From IMG/VR virus record IMGVR_UViG_3300029498_000044: a DNA stretch of 13,541 nt. One strand, written 5' to 3'. Positions 6,837 to 13,524 of this stretch are shown in pieces; the first letter of the stretch is position 1; the number at the start of each line of letters is the position of its first letter. The DNA comes from a virus. Taxonomy: Duplodnaviria > Heunggongvirae > Uroviricota > Caudoviricetes. The translations under genes and the position numbers were made by a program. The notes beneath the pieces are model-generated. The model worked only from the letters and a program-made list of their open reading frames with translations, made no database searches and had not been told where the DNA came from.

Positions 6837-7009
6837 TCATCGCCCCACTCATCACAATATGCTTCGACCGGTGTTTTCCCTGCTTCATAATCATCACGCC
6901 ATGCTTCAGCATCAGCGGCACTTCCACCGCGTAACTCTGCATAATCCATTAACAGTTCATGCCATTCTTCAAAACTGGCGTTATATTTAGTTGAACCAAA
7001 ATCAGCCAT
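6833..7009 (-). CDS. Hypothetical acidic small protein (58 aa)
   Basis: Unlisted ORF MADFGSTKYNASFEEWHELLMDYAELRGGSAADAEAWRDDYEAGKTPVEAYCDEWGDE. GAGGAAG SD. Fills the gap between two annotated genes with overlaps at both ends. Confidence 0.5.
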   Translation of the reverse strand: MADFGSTKYNASFEEWHELLMDYAELRGGSAADAEAWRDDYEAGKTPVEAYCDEWGDE

Positions 7010-7184
7010 TTTGTTCTTCCTCTTCGTCTTTTATTTCGTGGTATGAGTAATTGCAGTAGTTAAAGAAAATACCTTTAGCTTCATCCTGTATTTCATCTGG
7101 TGTTGCATCATCATCCACTTCGAATTCATCCTCGAAATCTCCACCGGCTATTCCCGTTTCAATAATTATTTTGAATTTTCGCAT
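7002..7184 (-). CDS. Hypothetical acidic small protein (60 aa)
   Basis: Track ORF, Asp/Glu-rich. A GAAA-tetraloop hairpin sits between an AGGAGG and the ATG. Confidence 0.5.
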   Translation of the reverse strand: MRKFKIIIETGIAGGDFEDEFEVDDDATPDEIQDEAKGIFFNYCNYSYHEIKDEEEEQNG

Positions 7185-7336
7185 TTCACTACCGCCCTTT
7201 CGGACGGCCTCCTGATGTTCTGAGGGTGCAGAAATCCCTCCGGTTAAGGATTTGATTTTATTTACAGTGCTAAATTTAATTATTCAGTTCTGGATTTTGT
7301 CGCCCTGCATATCCGCGCTTTCGCGTTACGCTCAAT

Positions 7337-7636
7337 CTAAATTAACTTTTCTATATTTTTCCGCCTTTCCTGTTCCTCCTGGCGCAATAGCCTTACATCA
7401 TCTGCCAGTCTGGTTTCTCTTTTCGCCACAGAGAGCATCCAGTCAAACGGCTCCACAACTGCACCGCAGATTTTACAGCGGACCTGACGCTCTTTTTCGT
7501 CAACCCGAACAGAGGCGTGATGACAATATGGTCTTTCCGATGGCTCATAAAGAAAATTAACCTGATTACGAGGGTCATCCTCTTTTACCGGAAATAAAAC
7601 GATATTGCTTAACTCATCCTCTGGTTTTATTTCCAT
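7337..7636 (-). CDS. Zinc-ribbon-like small protein (99 aa)
   Basis: CHH...x13...CKIC spacing. Strong SD AGGAGAGGAG. Overlaps the upstream gene by 23 nt. Confidence 0.55.
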   Translation of the reverse strand: MEIKPEDELSNIVLFPVKEDDPRNQVNFLYEPSERPYCHHASVRVDEKERQVRCKICGAVVEPFDWMLSVAKRETRLADDVRLLRQEEQERRKNIEKLI

Positions 7637-8075
7637 GCTCCTCTCCTTTGATGCGAATGCCAGCGACGCGTAATGCGTGTTCTAAGTCAATCAGGTAAAG
7701 CCAACTGCCATTTTCTTTAGGTATCATGACATGTCGCTCATCTGCATTTATCGGGTGTCCATATCGAAGGTCGTAGCGAGTCGGTAATTGAACTTCCCGC
7801 GCTTCCAGTTCAGCAATACGCTTGCTCCCATCAGAGATAACGCCTTCGTAATACTCACGCTGCTCGTTGAGTTGTGATTTTGCTTCTTCCAGTCCATCCA
7901 GCAAATCAGCGATAATATCCGCTTCCCGATGACGGATGTGACGCTTAAACGCAGCAAGAGCCGCATCACAATCCCGTTCAGCATTTGGGCTGTCCGGGAT
8001 AGCCTGATACCACGCCAGCGTCGACTGATAGTTTTGTGCTGCCTCACGAAGCGCCTCATAGTTAACCTCTCTCAT
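7614..8075 (-). CDS. Hypothetical prophage protein (153 aa)
   Basis: Start set at ATG 8075, which overlaps the TGA of the DUF4406 gene (ATGA), with AGGAGGTGG SD. Track ORF extends to 8207. Confidence 0.6.
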   Translation of the reverse strand: MREVNYEALREAAQNYQSTLAWYQAIPDSPNAERDCDAALAAFKRHIRHREADIIADLLDGLEEAKSQLNEQREYYEGVISDGSKRIAELEAREVQLPTRYDLRYGHPINADERHVMIPKENGSWLYLIDLEHALRVAGIRIKGEEHGNKTRG

Positions 8076-8368
8076 TGAGCCACCTCCTGATAAATCACTG
8101 CATGCCCCAGTTTCTCCGCCAGTGCCAGCTCTGCCTTGGCGCCCGCTGACCGCTGCCAGCCATTCAGCATGTAAATCGCATCCACACAACGAATCATTGC
8201 CATGCAAATATCCATGTAGTGCGGCTGTGTCAGCCCGTCCGGAAGTACTGCCGGGTTTAAGACGGTATGCCCTTCCCGTTTCAGTTCCTCTTCCGCCTTG
8301 TGAAACGCCTCACGGTTGAAATTTTCATATCCCGTCATTGGACCGGCAATATAAACTCTGACCCTCAC
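8072..8368 (-). CDS. DUF4406-family protein (nucleoside 2-deoxyribosyltransferase-like fold), 98 aa
   Basis: Motifs VYIAGPMTG, GHTVLNP, MLNGWQRSAGAKAE. GTG start overlaps the upstream TGA (GTGA) with AGGAGG SD. Confidence 0.75.
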   Translation of the reverse strand: MRVRVYIAGPMTGYENFNREAFHKAEEELKREGHTVLNPAVLPDGLTQPHYMDICMAMIRCVDAIYMLNGWQRSAGAKAELALAEKLGHAVIYQEVAQ

Positions 8369-8757
8369 TCCATCACCTCCTGAAAGTTTCCCCGATAGAA
8401 CGCCAGCACACGCTGCATAACTTCGCTCTGGCGGCACTCACGACAAATTATGTTCTGCCGTCTGTTGTAACGACGTATTTCTCCGTCAGGTAACTTTCGA
8501 ATCAGTGTCGGGTCAGCAGCCTTCTCCGGTGTCTTACGCCATACGCGATACGCCTGCTCTGATGGAAATACCCCGCAACCAGAGAGCCAGACATCACCAC
8601 TGGCCGCAAGCGCACCAGATAAACGACGAATAGCGGTCTTACTGACACCCGTTTTATCTGCCAGTTGTCGAAAAGTTTCTCGTCCGCTCAGGCGCACGAA
8701 TTCCACAATGCGCGCCTTCACTTCTTCCCGCTCTTCTGGTGTAAATACTTTTGCCAT
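8365..8757 (-). CDS. Putative HTH-containing prophage protein (130 aa)
   Basis: HTH-like segment FRQLADKTGVSKTAIRRL. ATG at 8757 with GGAGG SD. CxxC near the C-terminus. Confidence 0.6.
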   Translation of the reverse strand: MAKVFTPEEREEVKARIVEFVRLSGRETFRQLADKTGVSKTAIRRLSGALAASGDVWLSGCGVFPSEQAYRVWRKTPEKAADPTLIRKLPDGEIRRYNRRQNIICRECRQSEVMQRVLAFYRGNFQEVME

Positions 8758-8772
8758 AAGCGCCTCCGGCAA

Positions 8773-9543
8773 TCACTTTTCCGATACAACACGGCGGGAA
8801 GAATCAGTAATCTGTCGAACAATATCCCGGTGCTTGTTCACCTCCCGCAGCGCGGCGCAGACTCGCTCCCACTTCTGAACATCACTTTTCGCCCTGCGCA
8901 GCGCCAGGTTTGCCCTGCGAAGGGACGGAAAAATCAGCTCATCTGCTTGCGTTTCGGTAAACGATGGCAACGGCTGCACAATGTCCGCCACAGTTTCTGT
9001 TTTAATTTCTTCCTGTGTTGCGGCTTCCCGGACTGGTAACGCAGCACCTGCTGGCTGAGGAAAGGCCTTACCATCACTTTCCGTTACCAGCGCGGCTTTC
9101 GGCTCTGCTGGTAAATTATCGCCCGGCATGCAGTAACGAAATTTACCGTTCTGATTAACGCGTGCCAGCCGCCCCGTTGCGGTTACCACCGCCAGCGTGG
9201 AGGCAACCTTGCGAGTACTGACGCCGAACTTACCCGCCAGTTCCTCACACGTTTTAGCACCATCCTGACCGATAAACTCAATCATCATGTCTGCGGTAAC
9301 TTTTTGTTCGACCTCCCCGGTCAGCATATCCTGTGCTTCAGATTTTACTGGCCGCTCTTCGGTTACCCGGGATTCACCTTCGCCAGCCAGAAACCAGGTG
9401 TGACCAGTTTTATCAACGACGCCATTTCTTTTGAGTTCCCACAGCTCGTTGAGAACCTCTTCACGACTGATATCAAGTCGCGCGGCCAGTTCTACCGATG
9501 TGGCTTTTCCCATTGCTTTCAGTGCGTCAAATACGGTTTCCAT
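8773..9543 (-). CDS. Prophage protein with two tandem winged-helix-like modules (256 aa)
   Basis: Two repeats of a wHTH-like pattern ([28 protein letters not shown] and [28 protein letters not shown]). ATG at 9543 with GGAGG SD. Track start at 9561 is TTG. Confidence 0.65.
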   Translation of the reverse strand: METVFDALKAMGKATSVELAARLDISREEVLNELWELKRNGVVDKTGHTWFLAGEGESRVTEERPVKSEAQDMLTGEVEQKVTADMMIEFIGQDGAKTCEELAGKFGVSTRKVASTLAVVTATGRLARVNQNGKFRYCMPGDNLPAEPKAALVTESDGKAFPQPAGAALPVREAATQEEIKTETVADIVQPLPSFTETQADELIFPSLRRANLALRRAKSDVQKWERVCAALREVNKHRDIVRQITDSSRRVVSEK

Positions 9544-9576
9544 TAAAATTTCCTCCGACAAAATCGTTTCTCAGAT

Positions 9577-10242
9577 TCAAATAAAACCAGCTGCCTTCCG
9601 GCGTTCGTATTCCTGTTTCAGCCGTTCAATTGGCGTTGGCCCTTGCGGGTGTTTAGCCCCTTCCAGTTGTCGTCGCACTGGCGGAACACTCATCCCGTTA
9701 CCAACATGCTTTGCCCATTTCGTCAGTTGCCGTTCCGCAAGTCGTTTTAACTCACCCTGCGTCATCTGGCGCTCAATCCCTCTGGTACGCATTTCGAGGC
9801 AGATGTGGTACAGCACAGGCTGAGGCCACGGATATTTGTCGCTTCCGTCATATCGCCAGGACTCATCACGCCAGCGGCGGTACTCCTCCATCACAGCATC
9901 CACCGTCAGGCCAAATGGATTGGCCCCGCTTTCTGAAATCAGCGCCACAAACTCAGCCAGGTCCGGAGGCCATGTTTCACCCGCCCGGCAGCGGTCCATG
10001 CACTGGCGGCAGACCTGTCGGATTTGCTGCTCAGTCATCGCGCCAATCTGTGCAATCCAGAGCTTCGAAGGTGCGGCCCCGTTCTTCTGGGTCCAGCGGT
10101 TCGAATAAACCTCCCCCATGAGTTCCCACAGCTTCCAGACCGTTTCCGTCGCTGATAAATCCGTTTTCACGTTCCCACTGCTCACGTGCTGCCCGAATTT
10201 CCTGAACTGCCCGTGATGCGGTGCCACCTGGTGCTGCTGCAT
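9577..10242 (-). CDS. Lambda P-like replication protein (DnaB helicase loader)
   Basis: Aligns from memory with lambda P (PPDLAEFVALI, YPWPQPVLYHICLEMR). ATG at 10242 with strong GGGGGT SD. Overlaps the 3' end of the O-like ORF by 212 nt in another frame. Confidence 0.8.
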   Translation of the reverse strand: MQQHQVAPHHGQFRKFGQHVSSGNVKTDLSATETVWKLWELMGEVYSNRWTQKNGAAPSKLWIAQIGAMTEQQIRQVCRQCMDRCRAGETWPPDLAEFVALISESGANPFGLTVDAVMEEYRRWRDESWRYDGSDKYPWPQPVLYHICLEMRTRGIERQMTQGELKRLAERQLTKWAKHVGNGMSVPPVRRQLEGAKHPQGPTPIERLKQEYERRKAAGFI

Positions 10243-11071
10243 GGTTTACCCCCTTGCTGACTGGCTTAACCTGCGCCCTGACGTGATTTACGTGACGGGC
10301 GAATTTCTGCTCCCACTGAACCTGCGTGAAAACTTTCCCCTCCGCTGCCCAGTAGTCCCGGAAAGCGGCAAGTTCAGCAGGTGTAAATTCCGGCTCCGGC
10401 AAAGCCATCCCCCACAACGCAGCCCGTCGTCGAAAATCCGGCGACGGATGCCAGTCATCGACCATCGGAAATTTCCCGATGGGTTCGCTCAGTCCATCCA
10501 GGGATGCAGGTTCTGCTGCCTGCAACGGCGTACCACTCGACTCACTGGTCGGAGCACTCTCGCGCACGTGCGCGTTATGTGTGGGGTTTAATTCTTTATC
10601 TGTATCTTTATCTGTCGTGACTCGTCGTGACATGTCGTGACATATGCGTGACTCGTCGTGACACCCCTCATTCTGTTTTCGTAATTTTTCCCTCTCGCGC
10701 TGCGCTCTCTTGCGCTCTGCCGGGGATTTCGCGGTTTGTGAAACGTTGCCATTGTCCTCTTTCAGGACCTGGCGTTTTTCCCATCCGGTGATTAAATCTC
10801 CATCAAGTACCCGCCCCTGCATTGCCTGTAAAATTGAATCAATTACTTCTTCCGTCACATCAAGCGCACTTGCTAAATCTTCCGTCGTGACATCAATGTG
10901 ACCACGTAGTGACACGCCGTGACATGTCGTGACATTTCGTGACGCGCTCACCAGAAGGTGGATATACACTGCCATCACTGTTGCAATTGGCTGCCCTGAC
11001 ACCCTGGCAATTGTTCGCCACTTAGGGTCATTTGGCATGTCATGCCATAATCTGAGCCAGGCGTTAGCCAT
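10031..11071 (-). CDS. O-like replication initiator (DUF1376 / YdaU-like N-terminus)
   Basis: N-terminus MANAWLRLWHDMPNDPKWRTIARV. Two iteron arrays lie inside the ORF. ATG at 11071 with GAGGTG SD (GTG at 11077 also possible). Confidence 0.75.
   Translation of the reverse strand: MANAWLRLWHDMPNDPKWRTIARVSGQPIATVMAVYIHLLVSASRNVTTCHGVSLRGHIDVTTEDLASALDVTEEVIDSILQAMQGRVLDGDLITGWEKRQVLKEDNGNVSQTAKSPAERKRAQREREKLRKQNEGCHDESRICHDMSRRVTTDKDTDKELNPTHNAHVRESAPTSESSGTPLQAAEPASLDGLSEPIGKFPMVDDWHPSPDFRRRAALWGMALPEPEFTPAELAAFRDYWAAEGKVFTQVQWEQKFARHVNHVRAQVKPVSKGVNHAAAPGGTASRAVQEIRAAREQWERENGFISDGNGLEAVGTHGGGLFEPLDPEERGRTFEALDCTDWRDD
10614..10662. repeat. Iteron array 1: five copies of GTCGTGAC (one variant)
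   Basis: Copies at 10614-21, 10624-31, 10634-41, 10647-53 (GCGTGAC), 10655-62. Spacing 9-12 bp. Preceded by an AT-rich CTTTATCTGT x2 stretch. Confidence 0.6.
10884..10943. repeat. Iteron array 2: six copies of nnCGTGAC
   Basis: Copies end at 10891, 10902, 10913, 10923, 10933, 10943, spaced 10-11 bp (about one helical turn). Confidence 0.6.
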
Positions 11072-11142
11072 ACTCACCTCTTCTGATACCGAATCTTTTT
11101 ACTCACAAATTGCCGGAAGTGATCCGGTATGAATATTGCGAG

Positions 11143-11568
11143 TCAATGCACAGCCACAATATTTCCTGCAGGGCCACCACGATTCATCTGGTTGAAACCA
11201 GCGATCGCCACTGCGACAAAATCATCAGCGTCTCTCACCAGTCGTTCCCGCGTCTCCACCAGCTCCCGAAAATAAGCTGAACTGTGGCTGCGCATTCGGG
11301 CCACCAGCAGAGGCGGCATTGCTTTTTCGATCGCTGGTAACAACGCCTGAATTTTTTTAACCGCATCAGGAGTGTCTTTCTCCACCCAGCGGAAAATTTT
11401 CTGGGTATTGCGAGCCAGGGCTTCCGGATGGCTGTCGTCATATAATTCCGGGAACGTCATACCAAGCTCAAAATAAGCCCGGGTTATTTCAGCTGCCGGA
11501 ACTTTTTCACCGTCCGGATGCGCCCAGGCATTCATCGCCATGCGGATGTGCTCATGCCTGATTTTCAT
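11143..11568 (-). CDS. ydaT: YdaT-like regulator (cII functional analog of Rac-type prophages)
   Basis: 141 aa, MKIRHEHI...IVAVH. N- and C-terminal signature and length match Rac YdaT from memory. Sits between the cro-like and O-like genes. Confidence 0.75.
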   Translation of the reverse strand: MKIRHEHIRMAMNAWAHPDGEKVPAAEITRAYFELGMTFPELYDDSHPEALARNTQKIFRWVEKDTPDAVKKIQALLPAIEKAMPPLLVARMRSHSSAYFRELVETRERLVRDADDFVAVAIAGFNQMNRGGPAGNIVAVH

Positions 11569-11827
11569 GAATCAACTCCGATGCATTTGGTGTGTTAGCC
11601 TTGAATCCAACAGGTAAGCCGTCGGTTGGATTCGGGTAAATATCAGGCCGGAGTTCATGAGGTGTAACCTCGAAATTCGTTACTTCAGCAACACGTAATG
11701 CTTTTTCAGGGCTGAATCTTTCATAGCCCCCCAGCACTCGACTTACATGCACCTGAGATAAACCCGTTAGCTTCCCAAACTGTAGCTGGGTGATATGTTT
11801 CTCTTTTAAATAGTCTCTTAAGTTCAT
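11552..11827 (-). CDS. Cro/YdaS-like HTH regulator
   Basis: HTH segment ITQLQFGKLTGLSQVHVSRVL, followed by an ELRPDIYP motif. ATG at 11827 with GAAGG SD (track start at 11833 is TTG). Divergent from the repressor. Confidence 0.75.
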   Translation of the reverse strand: MNLRDYLKEKHITQLQFGKLTGLSQVHVSRVLGGYERFSPEKALRVAEVTNFEVTPHELRPDIYPNPTDGLPVGFKANTPNASELIHENQA

Positions 11828-11857
11828 AGCCAACCTTCTACGTTATGCCTCGAGCAA

Positions 11858-11886
11858 ATATTAGCCCCGCTAATTTTAAAGATCAA
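11858..11886 (-). promoter_or_regulatory. pR-like early-right promoter with overlapping operator-like TAATATT motif
   Basis: Minus-strand TTGATC (11881-11886), 17-nt spacer, TAATAT (11858-11863). The -10 lies inside GCTAATATTTGC. Confidence 0.45.
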
Positions 11887-11934
11887 TAGCCAGACTATCT
11901 TTGATAATATTGGTAAAACAAATAAACTCTATGT

Positions 11935-12396
11935 ATGAAAAAAACACGCGAAGTGATTGCAACTCCAGAAGCGAGCAAGAATTTAAAAGCCGCATGGAAT
12001 GCAAGAAAAAAAGAGCTGAAGCTGACTCAAGAGCTGGCGGCTGAGTTGTTGGGATTCGAATCTCAAGGCACCGTTAGCCAGTATCTGAACGGCAAGATAC
12101 CGGTAAATACCGACGCTGCGCTAAAATTTGCGGCTCTGTTAAAGGTAAAACCAGAGGACATTCGAGAAGACCTTAAAGACTTAATGAATTATGTAAGATC
12201 ATCAGATACTTATGATGATAACTTTTCAGGCAAAGGATGGAGGCTGGTCAATGAAGAACAGGCAGAGTTACTTAACCTCTTCGAGATTCTACCTGCGTCA
12301 GAAAAAGCCAAACTCCTTAACCAGCTACGTGGACTAAACAAGCTCTACGAGGAAGCCTTCGAGAACATGCTGGCACTAAAGAAACGTAACCAGTAG
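11935..12396 (+). CDS. Prophage repressor, DicA/RacR-like (HTH_XRE, no S24 peptidase domain)
   Basis: 153 aa. N-terminal XRE HTH (LTQELAAELLGFESQGTVSQYLNG). C-terminal ELLNLFEILPASEKAKL resembles the DicA C-terminus. No LexA-type Ser/Lys autocleavage domain. Confidence 0.8.
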   Translation: MKKTREVIATPEASKNLKAAWNARKKELKLTQELAAELLGFESQGTVSQYLNGKIPVNTDAALKFAALLKVKPEDIREDLKDLMNYVRSSDTYDDNFSGKGWRLVNEEQAELLNLFEILPASEKAKLLNQLRGLNKLYEEAFENMLALKKRNQ

Positions 12397-12422
12397 CCAC
12401 CGCTCACTACCCCATCCACAAC

Positions 12423-12452
12423 AAAAAAACCGACGTCTTAGTCGGTTTTTTT
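12423..12452 (+). terminator. Rho-independent terminator after the repressor gene (potentially bidirectional)
   Basis: Stem ACCGAC/GTCGGT (12429-12434/12441-12446), loop GTCTTA. Flanked by an A7 run upstream and a T7 run downstream. Confidence 0.7.
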
Positions 12453-12549
12453 GTGCCATAACTTCTGCAAATCAGCTGTATAACTAATATTTTTCCCTTG
12501 AAAAAACATTTACATAGTTACCAAATCAAAAATATCATACGCCATACTG

Positions 12550-12578
12550 TTGACTTAAAATATCCGCGTTACTAATAT
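12550..12578 (+). promoter_or_regulatory. pL-like promoter for the ydfABC-dicF operon, with operator-like CTAATATTT motif over the -10
   Basis: TTGACT (12550-12555), 17-nt spacer, TAATAT (12573-12578). CTAATATTT recurs at 12484-12492 and, inverted, in the pR region. Confidence 0.5.
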
Positions 12579-12649
12579 TTCTATCAAGAACAGCACGGCG
12601 CTGTAGGTTTTAGTTCCGCCACCCGGCGTTAAGGGGAAATGAGGTCAGC

Positions 12650-12805
12650 ATGGATACTATCGAGCTTGGCAACAACGAATCTCTGGTGTACGGCGTGTTT
12701 CCCAACCAGGACGGCACATTCACCGCGATGACGTATACCAAAAGCAAAACGTTTAAAACCGAAAATGGTGCCCGTCGCTGGCTGGAAAGAAACTCAGGTG
12801 AGTGA
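12650..12805 (+). CDS. ydfA: Small protein, 51 aa (YdfA/YdaF-like by size and synteny)
   Basis: Unlisted ORF MDTIELGNNESLVYGVFPNQDGTFTAMTYTKSKTFKTENGARRWLERNSGE. GAGG SD 6 nt upstream. First gene after the pL-like promoter. Confidence 0.55.
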   Translation: MDTIELGNNESLVYGVFPNQDGTFTAMTYTKSKTFKTENGARRWLERNSGE

Positions 12806-12806
12806 T

Positions 12807-12935
12807 ATGGATTTCGACACAATCATGGAAAAGGCTTACGAAGAATACTTCGAAGGCCTTGCCGAAGGCGAAGAAGCTCTCAGCTTCAGTGAGTTTAAAC
12901 AGGCGCTTTCCAGCTCGGCAAAATCTAACGGCTGA
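12807..12935 (+). CDS. ydfB: Small protein, 42 aa (YdfB/YdaG-like by size and synteny)
   Basis: Unlisted ORF MDFDTIMEKAYEEYFEGLAEGEEALSFSEFKQALSSSAKSNG. Starts 2 nt after the preceding stop. Confidence 0.5.
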   Translation: MDFDTIMEKAYEEYFEGLAEGEEALSFSEFKQALSSSAKSNG

Positions 12936-12964
12936 TAAGCGAAGCAGCACCGCGAGGAATCAGT

Positions 12965-13183
12965 ATGCAGAAACGAGAACCCGTCATCATCGCGCCAGAC
13001 TATACCGATGATGAACTTTATGAGTGGATGCACCAGAAAATTAATGCAGCGCAGGATCTGAAATGGGCCAATGAAGCCAGGGCTAAGCAGGCTGAAAATC
13101 TGTCCGCTCTGGAGCAGGATATCACTAATCTGGAAAAAGCAGCGGCATTAAGCATTGCCAGAATGATTACATACCCGCGTTAA
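12965..13183 (+). CDS. ydfC: Small protein, 72 aa (YdfC-like by size and synteny)
   Basis: Track ORF with GAGGA SD. Coiled-coil-like sequence. Third small gene before the structured dicF precursor region. Confidence 0.55.
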   Translation: MQKREPVIIAPDYTDDELYEWMHQKINAAQDLKWANEARAKQAENLSALEQDITNLEKAAALSIARMITYPR

Positions 13184-13524
13184 TAGCTAACCAACGAAGC
13201 TAAGGTTGGTAATTAAGGAGTTCTCCACGGGTGAGGTGGAGTGCGTGCGCCGGACACGGGTGAGCATCCGGCACTGACAGTTTACTGAAAGGATATTTCC
13301 CTGAAAAGTCAGACCATAACGCGAAAGCGCACGGCGAGGTAGCTGGTTCATAGATAGCCTGTCGTTAAATTTTCGTCGACCGTGCGCTTCCGGTTGTGGC
13401 AATCCGCGAAATGGCGCGGCGGTAAGTATGGCGGGGTTATTCCTTCCACCGTTGAGGACACCGGGTTGTCAGGTTGACCATACGCTTAAGTGACAACCCC
13501 GCTGCAACGCCCTCTGTTATCAAT

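Noticed and set aside
7236-7257. Hairpin AAATCC...GGATTT followed by a T-rich tract on the plus strand, as a possible terminator
   Set aside because: No plus-strand gene lies upstream of it. It is more likely incidental structure within an AT-rich intergenic promoter region.
7252-8319. Track ORFs 7252..7560(+), 7393..7578(-), 7748..8059(-), 8122..8319(+)
   Set aside because: They are nested within, or in alternative frames of, the zinc-ribbon, 153-aa and DUF4406 genes, and lack an SD.
10614-10943. Possible CRISPR array, suggested by the short direct repeats
   Set aside because: The repeat unit is only 8 bp with 2-3 bp between copies, it lies inside a protein-coding gene, and there are no 25-40 bp spacers or a leader. 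It is an iteron origin, not a CRISPR array.
8665-11441. Track ORFs 8665..9039(+), 9304..9546(+), 9431..9823(+), 9711..10121(+), 9836..10108(+), 10241..10591(+), 10710..10901(+), 10929..11132(+), 11235..11441(-)
   Set aside because: Antisense or out-of-frame shadows of the wHTH, P-like, O-like and YdaT-like genes. The translations are Ser/Arg/Pro-rich, typical of non-coding frames.
11935-12396. Lambda cI-type repressor with a LexA-like S24 peptidase domain
   Set aside because: The protein is only 153 aa and lacks the Ala-Gly cleavage site and Ser/Lys dyad region. It is classed as DicA/RacR-like instead.
12610-13402. Track ORFs 12610..12822(-), 12753..12950(-), 12802..13011(+), 12836..13033(-), 13187..13402(-)
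   Set aside because: The plus-strand small ORFs with proper SDs behind the pL-like promoter explain 12650-13183. Region 13190-13520 looks like a structured RNA leader, not coding sequence.
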